Shown piece by piece: positions 1 to 11,766 of a stretch of DNA of 64,000 bases. The notes under the pieces are model-generated. The model did no database searches, was not told where the DNA came from, and saw only the letters and a program-made list of their open reading frames with translations. The position numbers and the translations under genes are program-made. Source of the DNA: Eledone cirrhosa (lineage: Eukaryota); NCBI GenBank assembly GCA_964016885.1, contig OZ024747.1, forward strand, positions 7,936,001 to 8,000,000, read 5' to 3'. Every line of letters starts with the position of its first letter. The first letter of the stretch is position 1.

Positions 1-600
1 GATTTAGCATAAAATAACTAAAAACAAGCCTGTTAATTCAAATGTTTATCCCTTTAACATTTAAACTGGCCGTATCCGGCTCTCTCACCCCTTTCTGTTC
101 AAACTGGCTGCAACTGGCCACTCACACCTACATTAAGGTATTGTTCTCAAAATAAATAACATCAAAATCTCGTAGATTCGATATTATGTGGGATAATTAT
201 ATAAGATAAAGCCTTTACCGTGAAAATACAATAGTAAATATAGAGTAATGTAAATGGTAAAGGGTTATAGTATATTTACTGAAAGATAGGTCATTGTGAA
301 AATTTGCAATAACATATTTTAAAATCCTTTAAAGATGTAGCAGAAAACATCTAAAAATAGGTTTGTTAATCCAAATGTTTATAGTATCTTTACCAGTAAA
401 CAGATCATTATGAAAATTTGCAGTATTATCATCTCTTAACACCTCATAATAATTTAGTAGAACATCTCTTAAAATCCTGTGAGGATTTAACAGAAGATAT
501 CTAAAAACATGTTTGTTAATTCAAATGTTTGTAATATCTTTACTAGTAGACAGATCATTGTGAAAAATTGCAGTATCAACAGGCTTTTTAACTCTTAACA
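1..600. repeat. Degenerate tandem repeat (about 120-150 bp unit, about 3 copies), first unit interrupted by the MITE
   Basis: The motif ctaaaaa..gtttgttaat(t/c)caaatgttt..tatctttac...cagatcatt.tgaaaa.ttgca recurs at about 20, 350 and 500. Confidence 0.6.
50..264. mobile_element. piggyBac-like MITE
   Basis: Termini CCCTTTAACATTTA / TAAATGGTAAAGGG are imperfect TIRs, flanked by TTAT on both sides. A homologous copy lies at 21141-21352. Confidence 0.7.
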
Positions 601-664
601 TCCTGTAATAATTTCTATCTCTAGACATTTATATTTGAATAATTTCTCTATTTCTTTAATGATG

Positions 665-717
<53 letters not shown>

Positions 718-886
718 TGTTTCTACGTTAGGCACGAGGCCAGCAATTACCCAGTGCATTACTGGTACTTTATTTTATCGACCCCGTAAGGATGAAAGGC
801 AAAGTTAACCTTGGCGGGATTTGAACTCAGAATGGCAAGGCTCGTAACTCCATACGTCAAAGCATGGCGTCCGACCCTCTACCAAT
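718..886 (-). mobile_element. tRNA-derived SINE, family A
   Basis: Reverse complement contains the B-box GAGTTCAAATCC and the central domain GCCTTTCATCCTTACGGGGTCGATAAAATAAAGTACCAG shared by about 10 copies in the window, with a (TTA)n tail. Confidence 0.85.
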
Positions 887-898
887 AATAATAATAAT

Positions 899-1295
899 TA
901 GGCCTGACCTGGTGGTTTTGGACAAGGAAAAATGATCGTGCCTGATTGTAGATGTAGTCTACCCATTTGACACGAGAGTGCAAGAAAAGGAGAGGGAGAA
1001 AATTAACCGATACCAGGATTTAGAGTGGGAGGAAAAAATGATTTGGAACTGTCATGAAGTCAAGGTCGTCCCGATTGTCATAGGAGCACTAGGTACTATC
1101 TCAAAGAGTTTCCAGGGATGGTTAAAGAAGATTAGTCCAGCCCCACTTTTTGGAACACTTCAAAAGGCATGCTTGCTGGAAACAGCAAGAACCCTCCGAT
1201 ACATCCTGAATATCTGAGGGTGCAGGTAGCGGCTTGATATTCATTTCAACAAACTTTTCAGTTAAATAACATCAATGACTGAGACTCAAAGAACA
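899..1295 (+). mobile_element. 3' fragment of an R4/Dong-clade non-LTR retrotransposon (restriction-like endonuclease domain)
   Basis: Translates RPDLVVLDKEK*..LIVDV..PFD....KEREKI.RY.DL....W....VKVVPIVIGALG, a PD..D restriction-like endonuclease signature with one in-frame stop. Flanked by (TAA)n on both sides. Confidence 0.85.
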
Positions 1296-1833
1296 ATAAT
1301 AATAATAATGATAACAATAATAATATTTTTAAATTTCAGAATATTTTTTTAAAGTTTAGAATATTTCTGTAAAATTAGATTACTGAGCGATAGCCAAACA
1401 TCAAGAATCTTTGGCTGGGAAATGGTAATTTGATATCTCTCTCTCTCTCTCACACACACAGTGTTGACAAGATGATCAGTGGTAAAGCAGCAGCAGTAGC
1501 AATCTATAACTATCTACCTATGTATCTATCTATGTTCAGACAATTAAAACAACTTTTATCTATCTGTTTATCTGTCTATCTATCACTCTACCTGTCTGTT
1601 TGTCAGTCAGTTCGTCTGCCTGCTTCTCTGTCTTTATCTATCTACCTACCTATCTATCTATCTATTTAACTGTCTATATACCTAACTGTATATTTGTTTA
1701 GCTATCTGTCTCTTTGTCTATTGACTGTCTATCTATAGCTATCTATTTATGTATTTTAACCAACATATCTATCTTTTTTTTTTTACAAGAACGACAATAA
1801 CAACAACAGAGCACAAATCCCGATAGCAATCGA

Positions 1834-1874
<41 letters not shown>

Positions 1875-2149
1875 TTAATAGACAGATAGGTAGAACAAAG
1901 TCATCATAATTTAGTGTATATATGTTTGATAAGGATTAAAGAAAATACGGGAGAAAATTATTGTAACTGATGTAAATGAATATAAAATGAAATATGGTGG
2001 TGGCTGGAGTGACAGAAAAGATGAAGGAACATCTTGGATTCAATGATTTTTACGTAGAATGTTGTAATCAAGAAATTATTGAATTAAATATATTTTATTA
2101 TAAACCCTGTCATTTGAGATTGGTAAAATAAGTACCACATTTGTAAAAA

Positions 2150-2472
2150 ATACAAATACTGGGGTCAATATGATTGACTTTAAGGTGGTGCCCCAGTATG
2201 GCCATAGTCTAATGACTAAACCTGTTGAAGAATAAAAGAGTAAAAATATAAGTACTAGGCTAGATATGATTGACTAAATGAAGGCAGTGCTCCAGTATAG
2301 CCATGGCATAATGACTAAAACCAGTAAAAGAGTAAGTACTGAGGTTGATATGATCAACTTTAAAGCAGTGCTCCAGCATGACCACAGTTTAATGATTGAA
2401 ACCAAGAATAAATAAATACTGAGATCAATATGATTAACTTTAAGGCGGTGCTCCAGCATGACCACAGTCAAC
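2150..2472 (+). repeat. Tandem array of about 4 SINE-tail-like units (AAGGC(A/G)GTGC(C/T)CCAGCATGGCCACAG)
   Basis: Unit repeated at about 2170, 2265, 2350 and 2430. Solo copies lie at about 41300-41395, 43000-43090, 44010-44075 and 52255-52312 (minus). Confidence 0.7.
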
Positions 2473-4219
2473 AGAATAAAAAAATTAACATCTTGTATGA
2501 AAGAATGACCTCCAGAAGGATGAAAAGCAAAGTTGATCTCAGCAAAATTTGAACCCAGAATGTAAAGAGTCAGAACAAATACTGCTATGGCATTTTATCC
2601 AATGCTTTGTCTAAATATTAGAACACACTTTATTTGGTGATATTTAAGTATGTAACGGCTAAAACCTATTTTGTTTGATGTCAGAATCCACAGCCAAAAG
2701 ATTCCAAAGCAACTAAGCATTTGTGGCCATTATTTTCAGTAAAGTCCTTCCTTTCTTGCCTCTCCCCTGGAAAAATAATAATAGACTGACAATTTTTCAG
2801 CCAGTTTTTACTCATGTCAGAAACATTGTTATTGATCACAACTCAGGGCTTATTTTAAATAAAGCCATTTATATATATGAAAAAGAGACAGAATTCTAAT
2901 CTTTTCTTCTTCACATAATCCATTCTTTTTCACTAGACTGCCTTCTAAACCTTTATCTCTTTCTATTTTGACTCTATTACCTTCAAAACTTTCTTATTCT
3001 TCTTATTCTCTCCATTATTTCTAATGTTCTCCTATCAGCCAAGCTTCTCATTACATTCCTATCTATTCCCTAGAATCTACTCACAATCATTCATTCAGAT
3101 TCTTTCTTCACAATTCTTCATTCTCTTCTCTTCATCATGTCTTCCTTCCCATTACCTTTATTCTTTTCTTCTTGATTTTTCTGCCTTGTGTGCTGAATGT
3201 TTTCTTTTGTCCAAGTAACATTTGCTCCTTTTTATACTGAGATGATATCCTACTAAACTTTTATAAGAAAACAGCTTGGTTGCTGCTTGGTGACACATAT
3301 TGTACATAAGACTAACTAGCTGGACTTGCTATACAACATTCAATGACAAGACAATTTCTCTCTTTTATCCATTGCTTCCCTGGTAATCAGACAATAATAA
3401 AACATGATTGACCACTGCTTAAATATCTGTCTTATGATATTTTTAATATGGAGAATATAAGGTAGAACAAGGAATATCTGAATAGTTTACTTGATAGTCA
3501 CACACACTTTACAATGCAAGTAGTTAGTGAATATAACTAAACTAGTACTTTCAGAATTTAAATCTACTACTACTACTGCTACTACTACTACTACTACTAC
3601 TACTGCTGCTACTGCTACTACTACTACTACTACTACTACTCAAATTCACTACCTTGGTATATATACATGTATGAATATAGGTGAAATATTGACGAGCTTG
3701 TGAGATTTTGCTAAAATAAATGATGGATGTTTGCATCATAAATAATAATAAAATTTTACTTTATTTCATGATGTAATGATTTATTATATTATTTGACTAA
3801 AAAGCAGATAAATCCTACTTTCATGGTAGTTTGACAAATTATTGAACTACCTTAAGTAAAAGTAGAATTTTTATGATTATTTTTGAGGTTAAATTTATGA
3901 GGTTGACTATTACAAGGATGCTTTTGAGGGGGATGAAATATCACTTATAGGGACCTTAACTCTTGATGGAGTTGTAGGGGTGTTGTCCTGATCCTGACAC
4001 AAAGCATATCTTGGGCAATGTAAACCTAGCAGGGCCTGTCCCTCACCAGCTTGGAGCATAGTTGATTTCTTACAGAAAAAGAGACAGAGTGAGAAAAAAT
4101 CAGCTCCAGTACATGACTGGTACTTTATTTATTGACCTTAAAAGAATGAAAACCAAAGTTGACCTTGGTGGGATTTGAACTCAGAGCACAGTGAACCAGA
4201 ACAAATTCAGAGGAAGTTT

Positions 4220-4612
4220 TGTAGGTAGTTAGGTAGGTAGGTAGGTAGGTAAGTAGGTAGGTAGGTAGGTAGGCAGGTAGGTAGGTAGGAAGATAGGTAG
4301 GTAGGTAAGTTGATAGGTAGGTAAGTAGGTAGGTAGGTAGGTAGGTAGGTAGGTAGGTAGGTAGGTAGGTAGGAAAGTAGGTAGGAAGATAGGTAGGTAG
4401 GTAGGTAGGTAAGTTGATAGGTAGGTAGGTAAGTAGGTAGGTAGGTAGGTAGGTAGGTAGGTAGGTAGGTAAGTTGATAGGTAGGTAGGTAAGTAGGTAG
4501 GTAGGTAGGTAGGTAAGTTGATAGGTAGGTAGGTAGGTAGGTAGGTAGGCAGGTAGGTAGGTAGGAAGATAGGTAGGTAGGTAGGTAGGTAGGTAGGTAG
4601 GTAGGTAGGTAG
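4220..4612. repeat. (AGGT)n microsatellite
   Basis: Directly visible. Confidence 0.95.
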
Positions 4613-4940
4613 AGAGACAGACAGATAAAATGATAGACAGGTAGGTAAAGAGATAGACTCACAGACAGAGTAAGAAAGGCAGATAGTGGGCAATAGATAT
4701 GGAAAGACTGTCAGATAGATAGACAGGTAGCTAGATAGATGTTTTTTAAATTTGCCCAAAGACAGATAGATACAGGTAAATAGTTATAGATGTAGTTAAA
4801 CTACCAACCAACTAGAAAGTGGACACATCTTGTCAACAGTGTGAGAGACAGGGAAGAAGATATCACAGCACACACATGCTCATATTATCACTTCCCAAAC
4901 AAATCTAACACATAGTAGTTGTCACATGATCATGCCTTTT

Positions 4941-5450
4941 ATTATAATATATTACTGTATATTCTCATGTGTTATAATATATTACTGTATATTCTCATGT
5001 GTTATAATATATTACTGTATATTCTCATGTGTTATAATATATTACTGTATATTCTCATGTGTTATAATATATTACTGTATATTCTCATGTGTTATAATAT
5101 ATTACTGTATATTCTCATGTGTTATAATATATTACTGTATATTCTCATGTGTTATAATATATTACTGTATATTCTCATGTGTTATAATATATTACTGTAT
5201 ATTCTCATGTGTTATAATATATTACTGTATATTCTCATGTGTTATAATATATTACTGTATATTCTCATGTGTTATAATATATTACTGTATATTCTCATGT
5301 GTTATAATATATTACTGTATATTCTCATGTGTTATAATATATTACTGTATATTCTCATGTGTTATAATATATTACTGTATATTCTCATGTGTTATAATAT
5401 ATTACTGTATATTCTCATGTGTTATAATATATTACTGTATATTCTCATGT
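4941..5450. repeat. 30-bp minisatellite, 17 essentially perfect copies
   Basis: Unit (g)ttataatatattactgtatattctcatgt. Confidence 0.97.
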
Positions 5451-5685
5451 ATAGGCCACACCTTTTCCCCATGAAAATACATGGAAACAAATCATGCCAC
5501 TTATTTAGTGGCCCTACAAAACCACAGTTGAAAATATACATTCAAAATATATGATACATTATGAATGTTGTATGTAAAATGGAAGTGTGACTTATACATG
5601 AGTATTATGGTGTATTGATTATTGGTAATATTTAGATTGAATTGGAAATATTGAAATAAAAAGTTGAAGCAATAAAAATACTTAC

Positions 5686-8076
5686 TTGGACAGATGCAGG
5701 CATTTTTCCAGGTGATGTTAACGACGTCCATTCAACAGGTAGTTCCTGCTCTGGACAGAAATCCCTTCTAGATCTCATTGATGGTGTACTGTGATGAACC
5801 CCTTCATCAGGGTTCTGTGATATTGCAAAAGGATTGTTACTTTGAGATATCATTAAACATTTTTCTCTTCCTTGTTGCATGGCTGGATTCATTGCTGCTG
5901 TATGTAACATAGTTCTCCTTCTGTTACATCTCACTATACATATTGTTATTGTAACAACTATAGCAATAGATATCACTACAGCTGTAACAACTATGATAAT
6001 TACTAAGTTGATATCTATCATGTCACTAGACTGGATGTGAGCAGCTGTCAACATTGGAGATGTTCTATTGCTGACAGTTAATGTTAAAGATAGAGTGGTA
6101 GTTGCTGACAGCACTGGGCTGCCACTGTCTTTCACAACTAACAGCAGGTTGTAGGAACCAGCATCATTTTGGTAAACTTTCCGAGAAAATGATAGAACTC
6201 CAGAGTAAGTATTGACAGTAAATAATTGTTTCTCATTACCAGCTAAAATATTGTACTTAAGAAAAGCATTTTCCCGACTGTCTCTGTCTGAAGCTCTCAG
6301 AACTGTGATGTCATTCTTACTTTGAGGGTGATAGTGAACATCCAGACTGAAAGGGTTAACACTAGGGAAGGTGAAATATGGAGCATTGTCATTCTCATCC
6401 ATGACTTCAACAATAACATTTGCTGTGTTACTGAGAGATGGTGTTCCATTGTCTTTGACAATTACTTTAAATGAATAATATTTGTGTTGTTCACGATCTA
6501 GTGACCTGATTGTTGAAATAAACCCATAATTTGTAATCTTGAAAGGTAATACCTGGTTTTTAACACTTTCCAAAGAATAAGCTAACTTACTTCCATCTCC
6601 TAGATCAGCATCAGTAGCATTTATAAAACCAACAGGGAAATTTGTTTTTTCATTTTCATAAGTAAGAAATTTAAATGTACTTTTTATAAACTGAGGTTTA
6701 ACATCATTTACATCCATAACCTGGATAGAAAATTCTCTTTTAGTTTGTAATGATGGACTACCTTCATCCTCGCATGTGATCAACAGGTCATAATGGTCAG
6801 TTACTTCCCTGTTTACAGGTTTTTTCAGAATTATTTTATATTCCTTTGAACCTAACTTCAAAAGCTGAAATTTATCATGGTTCAAACTGCAGCTAACTTC
6901 TCCATTCTTGCCAATATCATTATCTATAACGCTGACATAAGCAATAAAACTACCGACCTCGATCTTTTCAGAAATAGCAGCCAAATTTTCCTGCAGTTGT
7001 GAAACAAAATTGATATCCAATTCAGGAGGTGTATTCTGTTGGTTAATCACATTTATTATAACCATTGCAATAGAACTTAATGGAGGGTTACCACCATCAG
7101 ATGCATCAATAAATACTTTAAATGTCTGTTTTTTACCCAAGTTTCTAATTCCTTGTGCATACATTTCCCCATTTTTCCTTAACTTGAATTTTTCTTTTGC
7201 AATTTCTGGTGTTTTTGAATTAAATTGATATGAAATGTTACCATTATTTCCAGAATCTAAATCAGTTGCTGATAATACTAATATTGGTACATTTGCTGGA
7301 TGTGTGTTTTTAATAGAAATGTTGTTCATACTACGAGAGAAGACAGGCCTATTGTCATTAATATCTCCTACAAATATCTCAATCTCTAAAATACCTATCT
7401 TTATTGGAGATCCTTCATCTTTAGCAATCACCTGTAGTTTATAAACATCTTTTACTTCTCTGTCTAAACTTTTTTCTAATACAATTCCAAGTTTTGAAGT
7501 ACCAAATTCTTTCTCTGCCACATAAAGTGTAAATGGTTCACCTGCATTTTTTCTTAAACGATAAGTGATCTTTGAGTTTAGAAGACCAACATCTTTGTCA
7601 ACAGCATTTGGAATTGATTTCATTGTTCCTTTCCTGTCTGTTTCAGAAAAATCTATTTTCACCAATTTTTTTGGAAAAGTTGGTTCATTATCATTAATGT
7701 CTTTTATGAAAACACGGACTTTTAGAACTTTGATGAAAGTCTCTGCTTGTCGGACAGCAATTTTGATTGTTTTGAAGCATTCCGTATTGTACATACAAAG
7801 CTGCTCTGCATCAATAACTTGTGTTGTATAAAGTTTCCCACTTCTTGTGACATTAAACAGTGCTGTGCTACTAGTTTGCCTTTGAGGCAATTCATTAAAT
7901 GTAATTTGACTGTGGTCTTTGAGGAGTAAGATATGTATTTCTTGTGCATCGGTGGCAATGTCACCTAAGTATGTCCCTGGCAGTTTGCCTTCCTCCACAT
8001 GATAAATCAAATCCACACTAGAACAACTGTGAAGGAAGGTGGAAACTACAAAAATATGCACAAACATATCCTCCAT
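5686..8076 (-). CDS. Protocadherin, large coding exon (signal peptide, EC1-EC6, TM, start of cytoplasmic tail)
   Basis: 814-aa ORF (open to 5632) with cadherin motifs DINDNEP, DINDNRP, DVNDVKP, DENDNAP, LDRE and A.D.G.P, an EC1 C-X5-C motif (CMYNTEC), and TM LVIIIVVTAVVISIAIVVTITICIV. A consensus donor CAA|GTAAGT (5685-5680) follows ...PASVQ, so the true exon probably ends at 5686. Confidence 0.95.
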
Positions 8077-8106
8077 TAATTCTATATATCAAAATATTAA
8101 ATGATT

Positions 8107-8495
8107 CTGAAAAGAAAGAAACAAACAAAAATTGTCATCAGTTTTCTGGAAGTTGATTTAGTAACAATTATTCTTTAAGTGATTCTACATGTAAATAAAT
8201 AACAGAAGAAATGGAAGAGCAAGGAACAATATCAGGTAGTTAACAGAGAAGCTAGATGTCAGGTATACTTAAAAGAGAGAAAAAAACTGAGAATACAAAG
8301 TTTGTCAATGTTTTGTAGGATTTGTATTGGAAATGTGATGTGTTTCAGATGGCAAAGCAGTGTGTCAGAAGAGTGTGTGTGAGATATATGTATCCAATGA
8401 TAGTAGCACATTCACCCTCACCGATGTCAAGAAATAGGAGGTAAGATGTGTAGATTTGTGTGTCTGTGAATATGAGTATGTGTATATATACTTAC
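8107..8495 (-). other. Probable 5'-UTR intron of the protocadherin gene
   Basis: Minus strand has an acceptor TTTTGTTTGTTTCTTTCTTTTCAG ending at 8107, 30 nt upstream of the ATG, and a candidate donor GTAAGT at 8495-8490. Confidence 0.5.
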
Positions 8496-8779
8496 ACAGA
8501 AACCCAAACTTTACTGTACTTTGTTTCATTGTATTATATTTGCAGTTAGAAGCATCTTTTATAGATGTATTTAGTGGAGAAGACACACTTTCTTCTATGT
8601 TACTGTATTTTGTAATGTTGCAGTCCTGGGAACACTAGAGGAACATTTTAAAGCCTAGAAATTATAGTAGTCTTCAGTAATTAGCTGATGAAAAGGCATA
8701 TGTCTGTGTTTTTTCCATTGTCTGTCTTTGTTGTATGAGCTCATATTTTGAATTATATTTATATATATATTTATATAGA

Positions 8780-8899
<120 letters not shown>

Positions 8900-10087
8900 T
8901 CGTCCCACCTTTGCAAGCAGGGAAAAGCGGACGTAAAATGATGATGATGATGATGATATATATCATCATCATTGTTTAATGTCCATTTTCCATTCTAACA
9001 TATATATATATATATATATATACAAACACATGCGTATGTACAAACCCATAATTTATATACATGTGTATAGGTTTGTGTATGTGTGTATGAAGGAATGGAA
9101 AAAAATGGACTTGTGATGATGACAATGATAATGACGATGATAGTGATGATGATGATGATGAATGAATGAAAAGCTAAAAATGTTTAAATCTCATTGCTAG
9201 AATGTATGCAAGAAAAAGACATATAATAAGAATAAAGAAAACATAATCAGCAAAAAGTGTTAGATATCAGTTAAAATATTATATTAAGATCACTGCTGCA
9301 TTAAAGGTAAAGACAAGTTTATTCCCGAAGTATAAATTCTCATATTAAAACTTCCCAGTCATTATTAACCTATGGCAAAAGCTAATCCAGTGGAAAATCC
9401 ACCCCAACGCAGCAGCTGGTCGTGTTCTTGCTATTTGCTGATGAGTTATTGCTATCGACTATTTGGTCATCGGGAAATGAAGAAGTGAGGAATTCTGTGA
9501 TAAAAGTGCTAAAGAGAATCAATGAAAGTAAAAGTTGTTAACGTGCTGCATAAACGGTTAGAACTGCAGAGAAAATTGCAAACCAGACAGACAGACAGAC
9601 AGACAGGCAGGTAGGCTTAGACATATAGACATACAAAATTTTGAGTGATTGGAGAATAAACACAGATTTATTGTACAGTTGAAGAATGAGATCAGGGAGT
9701 TAAGGGAATTGAATCACAAACATAGATTTATTGTACAGTTGTAGACTAGAGAGTCAATATTCATATAGAGAATAATGGTAAATAACAGGTAAATTGGGAG
9801 TGTTGGATTGGGGAAGGAAGGCTTCTGTGGCTGTGGTTAACAAGTTTGCTCACATAATCCTGAGTTAGTTCAATCACCCTGTGTTATCACCCGATGCAAA
9901 TATTTTCATGCTCTAGTTTTGAGTTAACCAATGGCTTGTCAACGAAATCTGATAGATGTTAACTAGACAATGCAGAAACCTATCACACACATACATACTC
10001 GCGCACATGCGTACACACAGACACACACACACAGACATACACATGTAAGAACCTTTGTTAAGTTATGCTCCAAACATCAAATGAATA

Positions 10088-10295
10088 ATTGCTTCTAATT
10101 TGGCCACAAGGCCAGCAATTAAGTGAAGGGAAAGTCGATCATATCAACTGTAGTACACAGTGGTACTTTATTTTATCAACCCCTGAAGGATGAAAGGCAA
10201 AGTTGACCAGGGCAGGATTTGAACTCAGAACATAAAGAGCCAGAACAAATACTACTAAACATTTGTCTGGTGCTCTAAAAACTCTGCCGACCCAA
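10088..10295 (-). mobile_element. SINE family A (diverged), inserted in a MITE-like remnant
   Basis: Contains tactttattttatcaacccctgaaggatgaaaggcaaagttgac...atttgaactcag. Flanks aaacatcaaatgaataat / aaacaccaaatcaataat resemble a TSD. Confidence 0.75.
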
Positions 10296-11599
10296 TATCC
10301 TAAAACACCAAATCAATAATGAGAAAGTTAGTTATAGTGTTAAACACTTCCAAATTCTTGATTACTTTCGAAATGACTTGAAAACCATAGGCTGTGTCTT
10401 TTGTTAGGAATATCATAGTAAAGGGGTTAATCCTTTACTGGGCAGTTTAGAATCAATAGGGTTAATACTATTTCAACTGGGGAAAAAAGAACAAAACAAC
10501 AAAAACGAAGAAACAAAAAAAAATAACAAAAAAAAAAAACCTTGATAAGATCTTAGCCATTACTACTGTGACAATTTCAAGAGGGTTGTAACCTTATAAA
10601 ACAGTCATTGTCTCTCAGCATTAGCAAAACTTCTGTAAAATACATCAATGTTATATGATAAAATTGGTTTTGGTTGTACATAAGAAGAAGAAAAAAAAGA
10701 AGCCATTGCTTCACTAAGCTGTAGCCTTAAATTTGATGTTGAACATGGAGTCAGTGAAAAATTTTCATCTTGTTTTTGTGTTTTTTTATCATTCTTTCTC
10801 TCTCCTAAATTGCTTTTCCCCAGGTGAAATATATTGGATAAAGCAAAACCAAAAAAAAACCAAAAAACCAAAAAAACAAACAAAAAAAAAAAGGGAAAAA
10901 AAAAATGCCAAGACCAAAACACAAAATAAAGGTATAAAAATGTGTATAAATAGATTTTTCTGTTGTTGCTGTTGCTGCTGTTGGGGTTGTGTTGATGTTG
11001 TCGCTGCTGTTGAGGTTGTGTTTTTGCTGCTGTTGTTATTGCTGTCCTTACTGCTGATGATGTCTTTGTTGTTGTTACTGTTTTTTTCTTCTTCACCCAG
11101 TTAGGTAAGCTAAAGCAGGGTTGTTACCATCACTACCATCACTACTGTCACTGCCACCACCAAAACTACAACTAATACTACCACCACCACCACCACCACC
11201 ACCACCATCAATGATGAGGCTACCATCATCAGCATCGCAAGCTTTTCATACAAAACCACTTGAAACCTCCCTTGGTTCTATGATACAAAACTGATTGTTG
11301 TGAAGTATTTATATTTATCTAAAAACCTTCTATCATATTCTATGTAAGAACCTTTGTTAAGTTATGTCCCAAACACCAGCTTAATCTCTGCAAATTTTTT
11401 ATTATATTGAAATTGATTTGAAAATCATTAGAAATCTAGTAACGAGTTAAATAGGAACACTTTAAAATAGGTGGTGTTCCATGAAACTGAGCCAGATTTG
11501 GTTGGGCTAGTATCAAAATAGCTAAGGTGATTTCCTTGTTCTTGTTGTGTTGTTTAGAGCCTGGTGAACCCTGATCAAGCAGCAGAGCTATAATTGAAG

Positions 11600-11766
11600 A
11601 CGTTCCAGCCATGACCATCACATCTGAGCCACAGTACTATATTGTGTTCCAGAGACATTCCGCCATGACCATCACATTTGAGCCACAGTACTATATTGTG
11701 ATCCAGAGGCATTCCTGCCATGACCATCACATTTGAGCCATAGTACTATATTGTGTTCCAGAGACT
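11600..11766. repeat. 54-55 bp tandem repeat, about 3 copies
   Basis: Unit ccatgaccatcacatttgagccacagtactatattgtgttccagagacattc. Confidence 0.85.

Noticed and set aside
2640-3420. Pyrimidine-rich stretch that might be an ancient LINE or an exon
   Set aside because: No recognisable motif or sustained reading frame.
3653-3711. Possible second protocadherin exon (minus, TTTTAG|CAAAAT...CAAG|GTAGTG)
   Set aside because: Weak donor and an uninformative peptide. Not supportable without transcript data.
4919-5554. 211-aa and 182-aa ORFs
   Set aside because: Translations of the 30-bp minisatellite.
7010-7964. Short ORFs overlapping the protocadherin exon
   Set aside because: Antisense or alternative-frame shadows of the real CDS.
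8685-8720. CTGATGA as a possible hammerhead core
   Set aside because: No downstream GAAA or stem III.
9438-9490. CTGATGAG...GAAA as a possible hammerhead
   Set aside because: Stems I, II and III do not pair.
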